Positions 1 to 12,853 of a stretch of 64,000 nt of DNA are shown in pieces. The stretch's first letter is position 1. Each line of letters begins with the position of its first letter. Position numbers and translations under genes: made by a program. Origin of the DNA: Phoronis australis (lineage: Eukaryota > Animalia > Phoronida); the NCBI GenBank assembly GCA_002633005.1, contig NMRA01000156.1, forward strand, positions 359,872-423,871, read 5' to 3'. The notes below the pieces were generated by a model. The model had not been told where the DNA came from and did no database searches. It saw nothing but the letters and a program-made list of their open reading frames with translations.

Positions 1-50
1 GGGGGGGGGGGGCAAAAAGTTCTACAGGTATTGTCAATTGTTGTACCAAC

Positions 51-271
51 CTGAAGGAGTAGTTAATCTTGTTCTCCAAACTAACGGGTACAAGCCGCAT
101 GATGCCGTCAAGCAAGCGCGAGAAATCTGAAGACACGAAGCCGTGGCGAGCAAGTCGAAGAGCTTCGTCGGTGTTCATGCAAAATATCTGAGATTCCTCG
201 CAACCAGGCCAACACTTCTTTAGTTTTTTTAACGTGTCGATTTTCACGGCTTCTTTTTCATTGACAGGCAC
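51..271 (-). CDS. Gene A coding exon 6
   Basis: TTTCAG|VPVNEKEAVKIDTLKKLKKCWPG...LLDGIMRLVPVSLENKINYSF(R)|GTTGGT; aligns with the end of gene B exon 5 and exon 6. Not in the ORF track. Confidence 0.88.
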
Positions 272-3200
272 CTGAAATATTAAGCAAATTCCACGTTAAC
301 TCTATATGAATGGTTCACCGAAGAAAAGATGCCAACTATATTGGAGGATCGATCCCCGCCTTATAAGTAATAGTTGAAAGCAGACGACTGTCAGGAGAGA
401 AGTCACCAATAGCAACAACGAGGGCAATTTCCGGTGGGTGAGATGCGAGACTACCTCCAAAAGTCTGAACATTGCATGCGCGCACCCATCCTAAAATAAA
501 TGGGCGGCTCGAATTTTTCGGTTTGCGCACCTTTTACTGTAAAGAAATCAACGAGGACTAAAAAAACGGGGCCCCACAAAGTTCAGGCCCACGAATTGTG
601 CATCCGCGCCGAATTCCAGTGAACTTTTGTCTCGTTTGGTCGGACTTTTTGTTTCGTCAAGGCGGACCTTTTTGTCTAATTCGCCAAATGGGGGGCTCGT
701 TCGAGCCCCCCGAGTCCCCCCCTGGGTGCGCCCATGGATTGAGGCCAATAGGAGGTGAAAACTTCCACAATAATAGCAGAGCAGTACCAAAAGTATTTCG
801 TGGGTTGCGTGTTCTGCCAACTTACCCTGTAGTATGTAGACACTCCACGTTTGATAAATTTGACGAAAGTTTAGAACTTCTTTCAGATAATCCTAAGCTT
901 TTAATTTTTATTAAGATTAATGCCTGTTTATTTCATGGATTAATTCCGAAAAACTGACACGTGCATTATGACAAGCCACCCACGACGGAGGCAAATGTTT
1001 TAAGAATGCTGTATTAGAGCGGACATGGTTGTTTGACCGGGTGTTTTAAGTGGAAAGATGTCGGGATAAAGTGTGGGATGAAAGCACACACACTGTTTCA
1101 TATCGAACAGCTCTTTAAGTTACTTTGTGTTATAAGCTGGTTTCTTGGAGCGGTTATCGATATTTAAAATGTGATGAATAATGAAATACACAGTTGAATA
1201 GTTACATAGATTCCAAAAATAAGTCCACTTTTCTGCAAGACGCCCAGTCAGCCACGAATCCATGTTTTGTACATGCGGGGTCCGACTAGTGACAAACATG
1301 AGGGGTCTTGAGGTTCCTTCGTGATCAAGCAAGCTTAGGGGTCTGGAAACGAGTGAGACATTCTGTCGCCATAAGCCCGTTTTATGGAAAGCGACTTCAA
1401 GGCACAGAACTAGCACTTATGGTTACATAAGAGACTTTGTATGTAGTTTTGGTGGGGAGAGTTTAAATTATTTTTCGGGAAAGCTGTCACTAAATATAAA
1501 CATGTCGTAACTTTCATCCCTGTTTGTGTTAGCCTTATTTTACTATTATTTTTAATTTTTTTTCAAAATGGGCGGAGTTTCTGCGGAAACCTAATTACTT
1601 ATGGCGTTGTTAAGTGATGACCCATAACGCACGACTCGGCTGTCATTCACAACGGCGGAGTTGTGTTGAATGATCAGTATTTGGGCTCAAGTTTAATTTC
1701 GACTGAACTAACTTGCGTTAAAGCCTGTTTTACAAAGTTTTTAACAAAAACGAAGACAATAGCTCTGACTAAAAGACAAAACTGTTCTCCATGAAGCAGA
1801 CTCCACTTGGTTATTACGAAAGATGATGGCATTATCTCTATCTCCAGAAGATATTTTTGTTTTACCTGGTCCCATTTGTTACAAACAAAGATGGCCGCGC
1901 TTGGTGAAAACATGCTTTGCTCGTCTGGACTCTTTCGGCTCGCTACTTCACGCAACAAATTTTGAAGCTGAAAAGAGAACAAATGTGTTGACCTCTAGTT
2001 TATTTCCAGGCAAGAAGTACGGTAGCAAAGTACGTTTAGGCCAACTCGAAACAGTTGCAGCACATAGACGAGAAGAAAAATGAATACGGGAGTATACTTG
2101 GTCGAATTCATAATGCTCGTGTCTCTCTCGCGAGATTCCACGAGATACGACCGTGCATTTTCAACGAGAGCACGTGATTTTTGCTAGATTTTCTCGCCGC
2201 GAGACAGTTATTGAACTCCACCCAATATACTTTAGTTTTGCGGCAAGGGACGGCAGAGTAGAAACGCATGCTCTTGTTATTTAGATCGGCCTCGAGAGGA
2301 ACGATCTTTTCACGCTTAACGTTTCTAGGATGCTCATTTCGCTATTCAGTCTGATTTCCAAAGAATAACTCAAAAAACAATTCCTGTATCTTCCTAAACT
2401 TTCAGAACGCGAAGGTCAGGCAACCAGGCCAATATGACATTTGAATTAACCGACTTAGTCAACTCTAATGTCGAATATCCTTTCTAATGAAGAAACTGTC
2501 GAACCCTATCAGTCTGAACACCTCCGGCGTTTGAACTGTTGATGACGTAGATGAAGGCGAAAGCTTCAACGAGGTAGTCAAGAACAAGTCTGGTGATTTC
2601 TTTGTTTTCACCTACACCCGGGCTGTCTACTATGTAAAGACCGTCCTGAATAGAAGAAATACAAGAAGTCATGTAAAAAAACATTAGATATGAACAGCCG
2701 ACAGGTTACGCAAGGATTTGAAACCAATGACGATAATGGCAAATAAAATGTATTACAATTCAGACGCTTCGCTTTAGTTTACATTTTTAGATTTTTGTCT
2801 CGTACTAGACACAACGTAGAGCGCTCGATTACTGTCGTATGCAAAACAAAAAACAATCAATGAATTTTTCATTGAGTAACCAAACGCCGCAACCCGCATA
2901 TCTGACTCACGAGAAGGGTCAAAGACTGCGCACTCTTGCGACAAATTTGAGGGAATAGAACCACTCACGCACAGGTTTTAGTGCTCCCAATGACAATAGA
3001 GAATACACAACACTGTTGGCTCCTGGGTGTTGGCTTACGTAGCAAATGGCTGTTGTGTCCAAATACTGATATCAAACTCAAAGTCAACAGGATACAGTTC
3101 CGTGCGCGCACCCAGGGGGACTCGGGGGCTCGCCTCAAAGAAACAAAAGCTCCGAAAAAAGTAGAAAACGAGACAAAACTCCACCAAAAAGGCAGGAACT

Positions 3201-6200
3201 ACCAAAATTCGGTGATGTACAACTCATAGCTCTGATCGTACCCGTGAAACTTAGTAAAAGGTACGCATTCCCAAAAATTCGAGCCCCCCATTTTTTAGGC
3301 TGGGTGCGCGCACGAGTTCTGTGGAAACCGCTTAAATTCCACGTTAAAGACAACATGTAGAGATGTGCACCAATTTTCGATATCACAAGAACGCCATGAA
3401 CAGATGCGCATGGGTGCCGTGAAGTTTCAAGCCCCAAACTGCAGATAACGTATCCCATAAGGTTGAAAACATTAAAGAACCAATGACAACCTACGTGCAT
3501 CTGAGAAAGGAAGACCTGTGGTATGAATCATGACCAGATGCACATTGCATGTTGACTACATAAATACGTAGACACGCGCACTTCTCACCTTTAACATTCC
3601 AATAGGAAGGAATATTTCCGCTTTTTTGTAAGGCCATCGCTTTTGTCGATCATCTTTCGTATGAATGTAAGAAGCCAAAGTTTCTTTGAACTTTTCACCA
3701 TCCTCCACAACTACTGGTTCTTTACCTGTGTCCCAATAGTAGATTCTGGCAAACCTTTTCTCGCTATAACTTATTTCACAGATGACGGAAGTGTTACTCA
3801 GATGCGAGCAAGGCAGTATGTCGTCCCCCAGAATGAGATTCAGCAACGAACTTTTTCCGGCAGAAGTCTCGCCTGATTGTTGAAACCAAAGGCGAAGATT
3901 ACTTCACGTTCTTGTTACAAGGTACATGCGATATATTGTCAGAAATTATAATAGGCGTCAGAAAAGTTGAGTTTAAGTAGATAAAAATGACATTTGCAAA
4001 AGGATGAACACATGTGTTGAGGCACTGAATAACGCGTAAAAATATTCCCTCACACAAAACAAAACATCGAAGCACAGATAGGTATTTAGATGTTAAACCG
4101 TTTGACACACTACTTCTGGTTACTCATAATATAATGTAAAACCACGAATATGGACCGATCCCCAGGTGACAACAGACGCTGTGAACCGGACATCATTGAT
4201 CTCCTGAGGTCCACATGACTTGGTACGCCCGACCACTGATGCTTGGCATTTTCTTATCTGTTTTAATATGCTGTCATCTTATGCTAGCTTTGACTACATG
4301 ATCGGGTGCTTAAAGGCGAAGGCAGTCTTTTTTCATGTCACTTTTAGCAAAAATAAGGACTGTTGATTATCCCAGACATATTTTTCACTTAATTACAGCT
4401 TTTCGTAATTTAATTAATTTCTCGTCCTCTACTCCGGAAGTGACGTTTTCGGAGGCAAGAATTTCGCGCCAATTTCTTTTCATATAGTCTGACTGTGAGA
4501 GCAGTCGAGTCAGTCATTGTTCTTCATCGGATGTGATAAGTTCGGTCGTCGTTTGCTTTTGTTTACGAGTCGGTCAACATGCCACGCTATTGCTGCGTAC
4601 CAGGATGTACTCATTATCGTCTCACACGCGCTTTGGGTACCTTGCATCGCTTTCCGAAGGATGACACACTTTGCCGTACTTGGCTAGCTCGTTCGTGTGA
4701 AGAACGCAGCGCTACCCGTTCACGCAACGTACAAAGCAGTGGCAAGCATTTTCAGCCGTCAGATTACGACAAAGATATGTACGTTGAATCGATGAAGGTC
4801 CCTGCGAAACAACGCCTGAAGAAGGGTTCCATACCGTCGCTGTTGATTCCCGGCAGTGCCCCGTCGCCACCCCCGAGAAGTGCGTTTTTGAAGCGAGAAG
4901 CCTCGCGAGCTGTAACCACTATAAACAGTGACTAGAGCCACTTCATCTACTGTCACCCATGCCTCCGAACGTACCCCATAGCGTGCAATTCCAGGAACTA
5001 GCAGTGATTCCCCGTGTGCTGTTGTCTCTATCCCAGAGCCTGTAAGCAGCCCTGCAGCGATGTTGAGTAGTGAGAGTGAAAACAGGCCCAGTTTGACTCC
5101 CAGTGAAAAGGACAGTTCGTCATCCAGTGAACAGATTGGTGAACCTAAGTTTGATAAGTTTATTGTGGACTTGTATTGGAGCTATTTAGAAGGTGCCCCG
5201 TGTGTGACGAGGGAGTCGCAAGGCGGGATGTAAGCAGTTTGGGTGCTCAAGTCACCATCGGGAGTGTGTCGCGGGACACTCGGGCAAGTGGGACAGTTCT
5301 TCCTCTGTACGTGAGACGATAATGAGTACATCTCGGTAGGTAGCAACAGCGTGGCATGTTGACTGACTCGTAAACAAAAGCAAACGACGACCGAACTTTT
5401 CACAACCGAGGTAGAACAACAACTGACTCGACCCCTGCTCTCACAGTCAGACTGTATGAAAAGAAATTGGCGCGAAATTCTTGCCTCCCAAAACGTCACT
5501 TCCGGAGTAGACGAAGAGTAATTAATTGAATTACGAAAAGCTTTAAATAAGTGAAAAATATGTCTGGGATAATCAACGAACCCTATTTTTTCTAAAAATG
5601 ACATGAAAAAAGGTTGCCTTCGCCTTTAAGGTTTCTGCAACCTGTAACTGTTCAGGTCACGAATGGCGACACCTGACGTCAGGGCGGCATAAATGAGAAT
5701 TGATATTCCACGGCTAACCGGTAAACACATCACAACGGACGTTACCATATTGTGTTTTAGCTAATGAGAAGACAGAAGAGTCAGTGGTCGTGTAATGCAT
5801 TAGTTTAGCGTAGTCGGATGGAAAACTTGCATTAGGTAGTCATTTTATATCTATTAAGGTTTATTGATTATGAAATTTACAATACCTAAATCAGCCAGAA
5901 TTTGTAGTAGTTATATAATGTATTTACATGACAAATCTGAATGTATTACTTAAATTTCACAAACTAACTTTATACCCGTAAATGTATCCTAAAACACAAT
6001 TATCCAAGATCAGCTGAACGCCAAAAACTTTAGACACCAAGAGAGTCTGTTTTCGCTAAGATGCTCATTCTTAATCATGTGAAGAAATTTGACAAAAGTA
6101 AAATTTCATTTGTCAGCCATATTGTGCTTGTACATGTACATGCATCAATAGGACTGCCAACAGAGTGTTTTATATTCGAAGAACGAAGGACGTGTAAATG

Positions 6201-8670
6201 TTGAATACCTGCAAAAAGAATTGGACAGTTCCGAGTTCGCAGTCGTCCCTTCTGACGGGCTAACTCTCGCATGAATCCGGGAATGCTGGTTTCCAGCTGA
6301 TCGTGCAAGGGGTCGTGACGTTCATTCTGCAATTTGAGCATTCTGCTCTCGATTTCATCCAACATTTTTGCCAATCGCTCGCGTTTTACCTCATCCTTTC
6401 CTTTCATATCCACGATAATGGCGGAGGCCTGAAACAGTGTTTGCCAGACATTCGCTGAAACCGGGGTCAGTGACTTAACCAATTTTAGCTGGACATTATC
6501 GGCGGCGTTAAAACGCACATGGCATCCCTGCGATCGCAGCCTAGATTCCACTCGATGAATGGCTAGTAAAGTACGCTTAAAATACCCAGCCATTAATTAA
6601 ATGGTATTGAGGCTGCGGCCGCAGAGATGCCAGGTTTGATTCAGCGCCGCCGATAATATCCCTTTGAGATTATGCAGGAGCCAAGAGAAATGAACAAATT
6701 TGGCTAACTTCGGAACATCATACCTCAGAAATGACCGACTTTATTCAGATGAAACGTTCAGACACTACCCTTAGCAATGCACTATTCACCAAAACTCTGT
6801 TAAGAATGGGGCTATTCGGAAAATCTACAATAACTAGAGGGCGTGCGTGTACTAGTGGTGATAGATTACCAGCCTCGATTTCGCGAGCCCTTTAAATACA
6901 TGGTGAAATGGCTTGCAGCCGTGCCAACTGAATGTGAGATTGCGTAAAAAGGGTGCTTCTATGAGAGGAAGTAAGCACGACCTCATACAAAGGTAAGGTT
7001 TGTGATTATTTTTACGATTATTCCATGATTATTCTACCGATGCCTGTTAACTGAGGCACTCGCCGATGTCGACTTCGCGGCAGTCAGTNACTCTGTTAAG
7101 AATTGCTTTTACAATAATCTATTTGATCGTGATTCCGTTCCTTTCGTATCCTCGGAACAAAGTTCGACATTCAACAGAACATTGGTGAAGCAACTGACCA
7201 AGAGACACGATTAAAAGACATTCGAAACATACTTGTTTCATTCTCAAGTGGAAATAATAATGTTTCGAAATATCCTGATTCTTTTAGTCATGTCTCTTGG
7301 TCAGTTGCTTCACCAATGTTCTGTTGAGTGTTGAACTTCGTTCCTAGGATACGAAGGGAACGGAATGAAAACTGTAAAAAAGACAAGTGTCGTGTATTTA
7401 ACCAATTTTGCTTATCGGAAAACTTGCTCCCGAAGTACAGCCAATAAACTACTTCTGCATGAAAGGGACATCAAAAATAAGTATCTTATGCTTTTTATGA
7501 AAAAAATTAAAATTTCCATAAAACGAAATGATATTTTAGAAAACTGTAACAGCGTATTTTGAGATCACATCCTGGACTTTTATATCAAATAAAATTTAAC
7601 TATGTTATCCACACCGTTGTTTGCAATCGATGTTCCTTTCTTGCTTACTTTTACTAGGAAAGCATGGGCACGGTCACGTGACCCAATTAATGACAGATAG
7701 GTGAAAGCCAAAAATAAAATTCTACCATTTTTCTACCTTTGGAACATACGCTCTGGTACTGATTAAATATTTATAATTATGTAGATATTACAAATATTTT
7801 TACGTCACCTATTGGCCACATCAGACCAGACTTCACAATGTTTGTGATCTGTACTTCCACGTCGCCCATTTAAGATTTACATAAACACTTTTGTACATAG
7901 TTTGTTCAATGCACAGACTTGCCAATAACATCTAACATAACTTTAAGACAGATATTCATATCGTTCAACCCATCCCTCGTATATATTACACAGAATCAAA
8001 GCTCGGTGATGGGCATTCAACTGTGAAGTGCAGAATGAGAAAGCAGGACACGGGTTCTAATCTCCGTACTCAAAGTCGAACTGGAAATTATTTTCGACAT
8101 TTTTCGCCCTATCATGTTTATTATTTTTGACCAATAGCGTTACCGTTTACGCTGGAGAGATACTAGTCCAAGTTTGCCCTTGGCGATCCCGAGCTACAAC
8201 CTAAAACGGAATATTCCGAACATAATCTCGATTTCGATTTCGAGTACAAAGATTAGACCTCAGGCCCAGTGCTGTAGTGGTAAAGTTAGAGATAAGTAGG
8301 CGCTCAAAGCCCACCGTATCACACCGAGCACTGAACGTAACTTACGGTGCGTAAGTGCTAAGTTCAAATGCCAAAAGGTGGTTGGCTGCGCCTACGTGCG
8401 CCCACGCCCACTACAGCCATGCTAAGTCAGGCCCAGGTCTTTCATGAGACGAAAGAATCTTACTTCGTCCGTTGATCTCACACTTCCTTTGCGGTGTCGC
8501 ATCAGTTCCAATTTAATCATGCTTTTGATTCCCTTCAGGTCTACATCCTTTTTGGGCTTTATTTTGAAGAATTTTGCCCACCCCAGCGCCTCTCTCATGT
8601 TCAATCGGTCGATGTCGTCGTCGATTAATTTTTCTGGGTCCAACTCTGACGTTTGCTTGTTCGTTGCCAT
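51..8670 (-). CDS. Gene A: bacterial-dynamin-like (BDLP/mitofusin-type) GTPase, 5' part; paralog of gene B; 3' end lies left of the window
   Basis: Spliced coding exons (minus): 8670-8464, 6428-6209, 3872-3589, 2645-2505, 1967-1866, 271-51. All introns are GT-AG with compatible phases (0,1,0,0,0,2). The translation carries G1 CPILFAG|ETSAGKSSLLN, G2 SNTSVIC, G3 DSPGVGE and G4 VCNKWD, and aligns with gene B throughout. Confidence 0.9.
475..736. mobile_element. GC-rich MITE (TIR CATGCGCGCACCCA)
   Basis: Inverted ends CATGCGCGCACCCA / TGGGTGCGCCCATG; flanks CATTG/GATTG; related to 3101-3314 and 39208-39446. Confidence 0.7.
1866..1967 (-). CDS. Gene A coding exon 5 (G4 NKWD)
   Basis: TTTCAG|LQNLLREV...AIFVCNKWDQ|GTAAAA. 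Confidence 0.9.
2089..2232. mobile_element. Short TIR repeat family, copy 1
   Basis: AGTATACTTGGTCGAATTCA...TGAACTCCACCCAATATACT inverted ends; shares CCGCGAGACAG.TA.TGAACTC with 14778-14946. Confidence 0.55.
2505..2645 (-). CDS. Gene A coding exon 4 (G3 DSPG)
   Basis: 141-nt exon DGLYIVDSPGVGE...NAGGVQTDR, same length as gene B exon 4. Confidence 0.92.
3101..3314. mobile_element. GC-rich MITE with 5-bp TSD
   Basis: Perfect 15-bp TIR CGTGCGCGCACCCAG, flanked by AGTTC on both sides. Confidence 0.8.
3589..3872 (-). CDS. Gene A coding exon 3 (P-loop, G2)
   Basis: CAG|GETSAGKSSLLNLILGDDILP...EIFLPIGMLK|GTGAGA. Confidence 0.92.
4314..5625 (+). mobile_element. Internally deleted Kolobok-type DNA transposon with THAP domain, in intron 2 of gene A
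   Basis: TTAA on both flanks (4310-4313, 5626-5629); about 200-bp TIRs starting AGGCGAAGGCA (4314-4514 vs 5423-5625); THAP ORF 4579-4935 followed by frameshifted transposase remnants (KFIV, LELFRRCPVCD, CVAGHSGKWDSS). TTAA TSD, purine-purine termini and THAP match the Kolobok superfamily. Confidence 0.82.
4579..4935 (+). pseudogene. THAP-domain transposase N-terminus, decayed
   Basis: MPRYCCVPGC...LHRFPKD...W...GKHF...LKKGSIPSL; the third zinc ligand position reads Ser (AGT) rather than Cys; downstream homology continues only through frameshifts. Confidence 0.75.
6209..6428 (-). CDS. Gene A coding exon 2
   Basis: TTTCAG|ASAIIVD...RNCPILFAG|GTATTC; homologous to gene B exon 2 (NECPILVAG). 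Confidence 0.88.
6491..6661. repeat. Imperfect palindrome (foldback/MITE)
   Basis: GGACATTATCGGCGGCG...GCAGCCT arm is the reverse complement of AGGCTGC...CGCCGCCGATAATATCC. Confidence 0.75.
7132..7366. repeat. Long inverted repeat (foldback), arms about 87 bp
   Basis: ATTCCGTTCCTTTCGTATCC...AACAGAACATTGGTGAAGCAACTGACCAAGAGACA versus TGTCTCTTGGTCAGTTGCTTCACCAATGTTCTGTT...GGATACGAAGGGAACGGAAT. Confidence 0.85.
8464..8670 (-). CDS. Gene A coding exon 1 (small helical N-terminal domain)
   Basis: Acceptor TTTCAG just upstream of GCCATGG start; MATNKQ...STDE followed by GTAAGA donor; phase 0 fits exon 2. Confidence 0.7.
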
Positions 8671-9949
8671 GGCGTCAGGTAACTGAAAAGACAAATTAAG
8701 GGGCGTTAATACGCGACCACGGATATTTTTGTCCTCTGATTGGTTGAAAAGCGGTAGGATATCTTCTGATGGCGGATTAGCCTAATGTATACTAGAATTA
8801 CAAAGCAAATAAGCGAGGAAAAAACTGAAAAGACGAAATTTTCTGACCACCCGCAACGAAAAGAAAGGCTTCGGAGGATTATTAAGCAGAGCTTGGATTA
8901 CCGAATGCACATTTATGTTCAATTACATCCAAAAGTTTCCATCGGAAATATAAAGTATCGGTGCATATGAGAACGCGTACGTCTTGTATTGGAAAATTAT
9001 TTTATGTTTGTGCCCGTGCTGCGTGGTCACACAACATGAATGGAGATGGTCGTCTTAGAATTATGTTGGAGTTCTCTCTTCGCTCAGATAAACCCCAAAT
9101 GGATGTCCGTCTCTCTACCTCACCTCATGAGAAAATATGTTTAACTCAGCGGCAGTCATCGAAGATTAGATAACCTATAATCGTCTATCCGTATGTTAAA
9201 ACCAGGCTTAAATTTATTTAGCCCCATATACTTTTCAAAACACTAAAAGCTTCAAAATTGGGTTTATGTACGCATATTGTGAAGGTCGTTTATTCCTTAC
9301 TTTTCTCGCATACATGAAAATGAGAAACGAAACGCGTGTGGGCCTTTCCAACAAGTCAAACTGGAGTCTTTATAACAAGAGGCCTAAATCTGTCTCCATT
9401 TCAAAACGTAACGGCACACTGTGTAAACAGCAGAAGGACAGTTTTACTTCTGATGGGCCCATTACTGTCACAACAGCGCTACCGGGTACGAGAGAACCCT
9501 CATACATCACTGTACACAAAAGAGTCGATTACATGGGGCCACATCAACCCTTCAGGTCACTCGTCCAAGAAAATGATCCCAATTACTTTCTACTTTTTTA
9601 CAAATTCTACCGGCCATGATGTCACTGATGCCAGTACAAGTGTAGACTGAACTAGCCCTAATCTTTTTTTTCGGAAAACCGTTACATAAAGTCTCAGTTT
9701 TCAATCAAATAAAACTTTGTATGCGAACACAAAACACTCAAAGTACTGTTCAGATCTGAGTTTAAGGCATAGAACTTCAGCCCTGCCAACTGCGACCTCG
9801 CGCTGCAAAGGTTTCGTCGCGCATGCGTGGCATTTGTTTGAATTCGTTTGTTCCGGTGTTGGCGTTGACTGTCATTAAAACTTTTCGCAACTCCGCCGTT
9901 TTTCAACTGAATTGCATAAGAGTCATGTCATTAGAAAGCCCTTTGCCAG

Positions 9950-10640
9950 TTCTTGACGGTGTATGATTATAGAAGGAACAAACGATAAATAATTTAATTC
10001 ATAAATAATCATCATTTTGCATACCTGACAGGTTTAAAAAATATTCTTTTTAATTCTAAAAACAAAGAGTGTTACCAAAACGCGAGAAATAATAGGATGT
10101 AATAAAAACTTAAAAAGAAAATGAACCAGAGAGTTATAAATGACTAATTAAACCAGCAGGGAAATAATTTCACGAAAGTTTTCTACACTATCAAGACGAA
10201 AATTTTAGAATATGGGTCCCTCATAGACAGTACTGTTGCTGTGAAGAATTTTGTCAGGAATTCATCCAAAATTATAGATCTTTATATATTAATTGAATCT
10301 TTGGTGGCGTTTGATACAGCTCTTTTAATAAAAATTCAGGATGCATTAACTTTTACAAAAAGGTGATATATTACTTTAACTACCTATTCGAAATAAGCTT
10401 ATAAAGGATTTCTGATTGTTAAAAATGAGCAAACATGTATTGTGTAGGTTTGAAATGGACTGCGGATAGATCATTACTTCCATAGTAGTTTCCAAATAAA
10501 CTCATTTGATTAGAAAGTAAAAATTTGTGATCCTGATACATGCAGTGTGTGTTACCCTAGACAAGAGACATTGGAACATATTTTTACGATTGTTGTTACT
10601 ATAGAAAGTGGGCTTTGGAAAATAACAGTATTCATGAAAA
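9950..10640 (+). mobile_element. Decayed L1/Tx1-type LINE ORF2 3' fragment
   Basis: About 10515-10595 reads KICDPDTCSVCYPRQETLEHIF..C, the CCHC knuckle at the ORF2 C-terminus; surrounding frame is broken; boundaries approximate. Confidence 0.55.
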
Positions 10641-11803
10641 AGACACAACTGAACACGTGTTCTAACATTCGAGAATGAAAAAACGGGACAACTGAATTGA
10701 AAAGCGAGACTTCCGGATAAACAGCGACGCGTCTAAGTCTACGTCAAAGCGCAAAGTTGAAATGTTCGCCGCAGCACACAAAAACGTCCCGACAGCGTTT
10801 TTGTCAAACGGGAGACGTTACACCATAAAGCGCCCGACAACGTTTTTTGTTTTTTTTAAGTCTAATGGGCGTGCCTCAAAAACCCATTAAACGACCCGTT
10901 TCTTCTTCTAAATGGAACGGAAAAATAGTTCTATGTCACGTGGGAAATTACTGTGGTATAAGATTATATGTAAGTGTTGCCATGTGTCAAAAAGCGGGAT
11001 ATTTTTATGGTGTGACGGGATGGCGGGAACAAATCAAAAAGTTGTATAATCGGCCAAGACATTTGGCAAGTACAATGTACGCTGTCAGTAACTGAGCACA
11101 AAGTATTGGATTGGACTTTTCACAGGGCAATCTTTCATTTTTAAAATTTCATTTCTCGGGAATAGGTAAACACTACAAATAACATTCACTGCACAGAAAT
11201 CAAAGTAACAAAAAAAAAAAATATCTCGGCAACAGGTAAACATTGCACAAATGAATTATTATAGAAACAATTGAAAACAGTCATAACTAATGCAAACACA
11301 CATTTAGCTACGTACATACGAGTGGTTTTTCCCAATGTCATATAAACACACCTGCCAGTAGGGGCTAAACTTTTCATTTATAATTGCTAAACAAAACACA
11401 CATAAATCAAATGTCACTTCATTCCCCAAAATACTGTAAAATGATTTTAACACCCAAAATGTCTTGTTGAAAAACTGGCAACATGTAGTTTGATAGGTTG
11501 TCGAAAGTGCATGGTTCTAACACTCAGGAGAATGACCAATGTAACTGTCGGGTTTGTTGACTAATTTTTCCGGGAAATCGCTGGTTGTTTAGAATCGTAG
11601 CTCAAGAGTCTCGTTTGGCGAACAAAAATGTCAAAACAAAAATGAAGTAATTAATGGGCTTGATTTTTGATAACCCCTACACTCTATCAAAACTGAGTCC
11701 AGCAGACAGCCGGAAATTCTCAGTACACACTCTGGCGGCTAGTCTGGGGGTGGCAAGCTGTAATAAAGGGGGCACAGAACAGTTCTCACAGGGGTTTGCC
11801 TGT

Positions 11804-12091
11804 CAGAACACACGTCAATGCACTCTTCACCCTTTCTTCACTTTGTCCAAAACTACATGCAAATAAGGAAATGTTTTGAGTCATTTCACATCACAAGCCC
11901 TACAGATGAGCACAGAAACTTTATTCTCTCTTGTATTTTTGACCCATTCACTCCCAGTGGAAACCAAGCCGAACTAAGAAAAATGAGGGCAAAAAAATGC
12001 AAAATCGGCACTTTTCACCCCAAAATCACCACTTTCCTGCCGATGCTCGACTAAAGCCAACATTAGATTCCGAAAGCAAATTTCCTACCGA
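11804..12091 (+). repeat. Interspersed repeat, copy 1 (cut by gap)
   Basis: Aligns by eye with 46502-46785 (CAGAACACACGTCAATG...GATGCTCGACTAAAGCCAACAT...TTTCCTACC). Confidence 0.85.
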
Positions 12092-12853
12092 NNNNNNNNN
12101 NNNNNNNNNNNNNNNNNNNNNNNNNNNNNNNNNNNNNNNNNNNNNNNNNNNNNNNNNNNNNNNNNNNNNNNNNNNNNNNNNNNNNNNNNNNNNNNNNNNN
12201 NNNNNNNNNNNNNNNNNNNNNNNNNNNNNNNNNNNNNNNNNNNNNNNNNNNNNNNNNNNNNNNNNNNNNNNNNNNNNNNNNNNNNNNNNNNNNNNNNNNN
12301 NNNNNNNNNNNNNNNNNNNNNNNNNNNNNNNNNNNNNNNNNNNNNNNNNNNNNNNNNNNNNNNNNNNNNNNNNNNNNNNNNNNNNNNNNNNNNNNNNNNN
12401 NNNNNNNNNNNNNNNNNNNNNNNNNNNNNNNNNNNNNNNNNNNNNNNNNNNNNNNNNNNNNNNNNNNNNNNNNNNNNNNNNNNNNNNNNNNNNNNNNNNN
12501 NNNNNNNNNNNNNNNNNNNNNNNNNNNNNNNNNNNNNNNNNNNNNNNNNNNNNNNNNNNNNNNNNNNNNNNNNNNNNNNNNNNNNNNNNNNNNNNNNNNN
12601 NNNNNNNNNNNNNNNNNNNNNNNNNNNNNNNNNNNNNNNNNNNNNNNNNNNNNNNNNNNNNNNNNNNNNNNNNNNNNNNNNNNNNNNNNNNNNNNNNNNN
12701 NNNNNNNNNNNNNNNNNNNNNNNNNNNNNNNNNNNNNNNNNNNNNNNNNNNNNNNNNNNNNNNNNNNNNNNNNNNNNNNNNNNNNNNNNNNNNNNNNNNN
12801 NNNNNNNNNNNNNNNNNNNNNNNNNNNNNNNNNNNNNNNNNNNNNNNNNNNNN
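12092..12853. other. Assembly gap
   Basis: Run of N. Confidence 1.

Noticed and set aside
4314-5625. piggyBac assignment because of the TTAA TSD, or a host THAP gene
   Set aside because: Termini are AGG rather than CCY, and the THAP ORF sits inside TIRs with frameshifted transposase remnants.
9266-9650. Overlapping 117-aa and 104-aa ORFs between the paired genes
   Set aside because: No recognisable motifs or convincing splice context.
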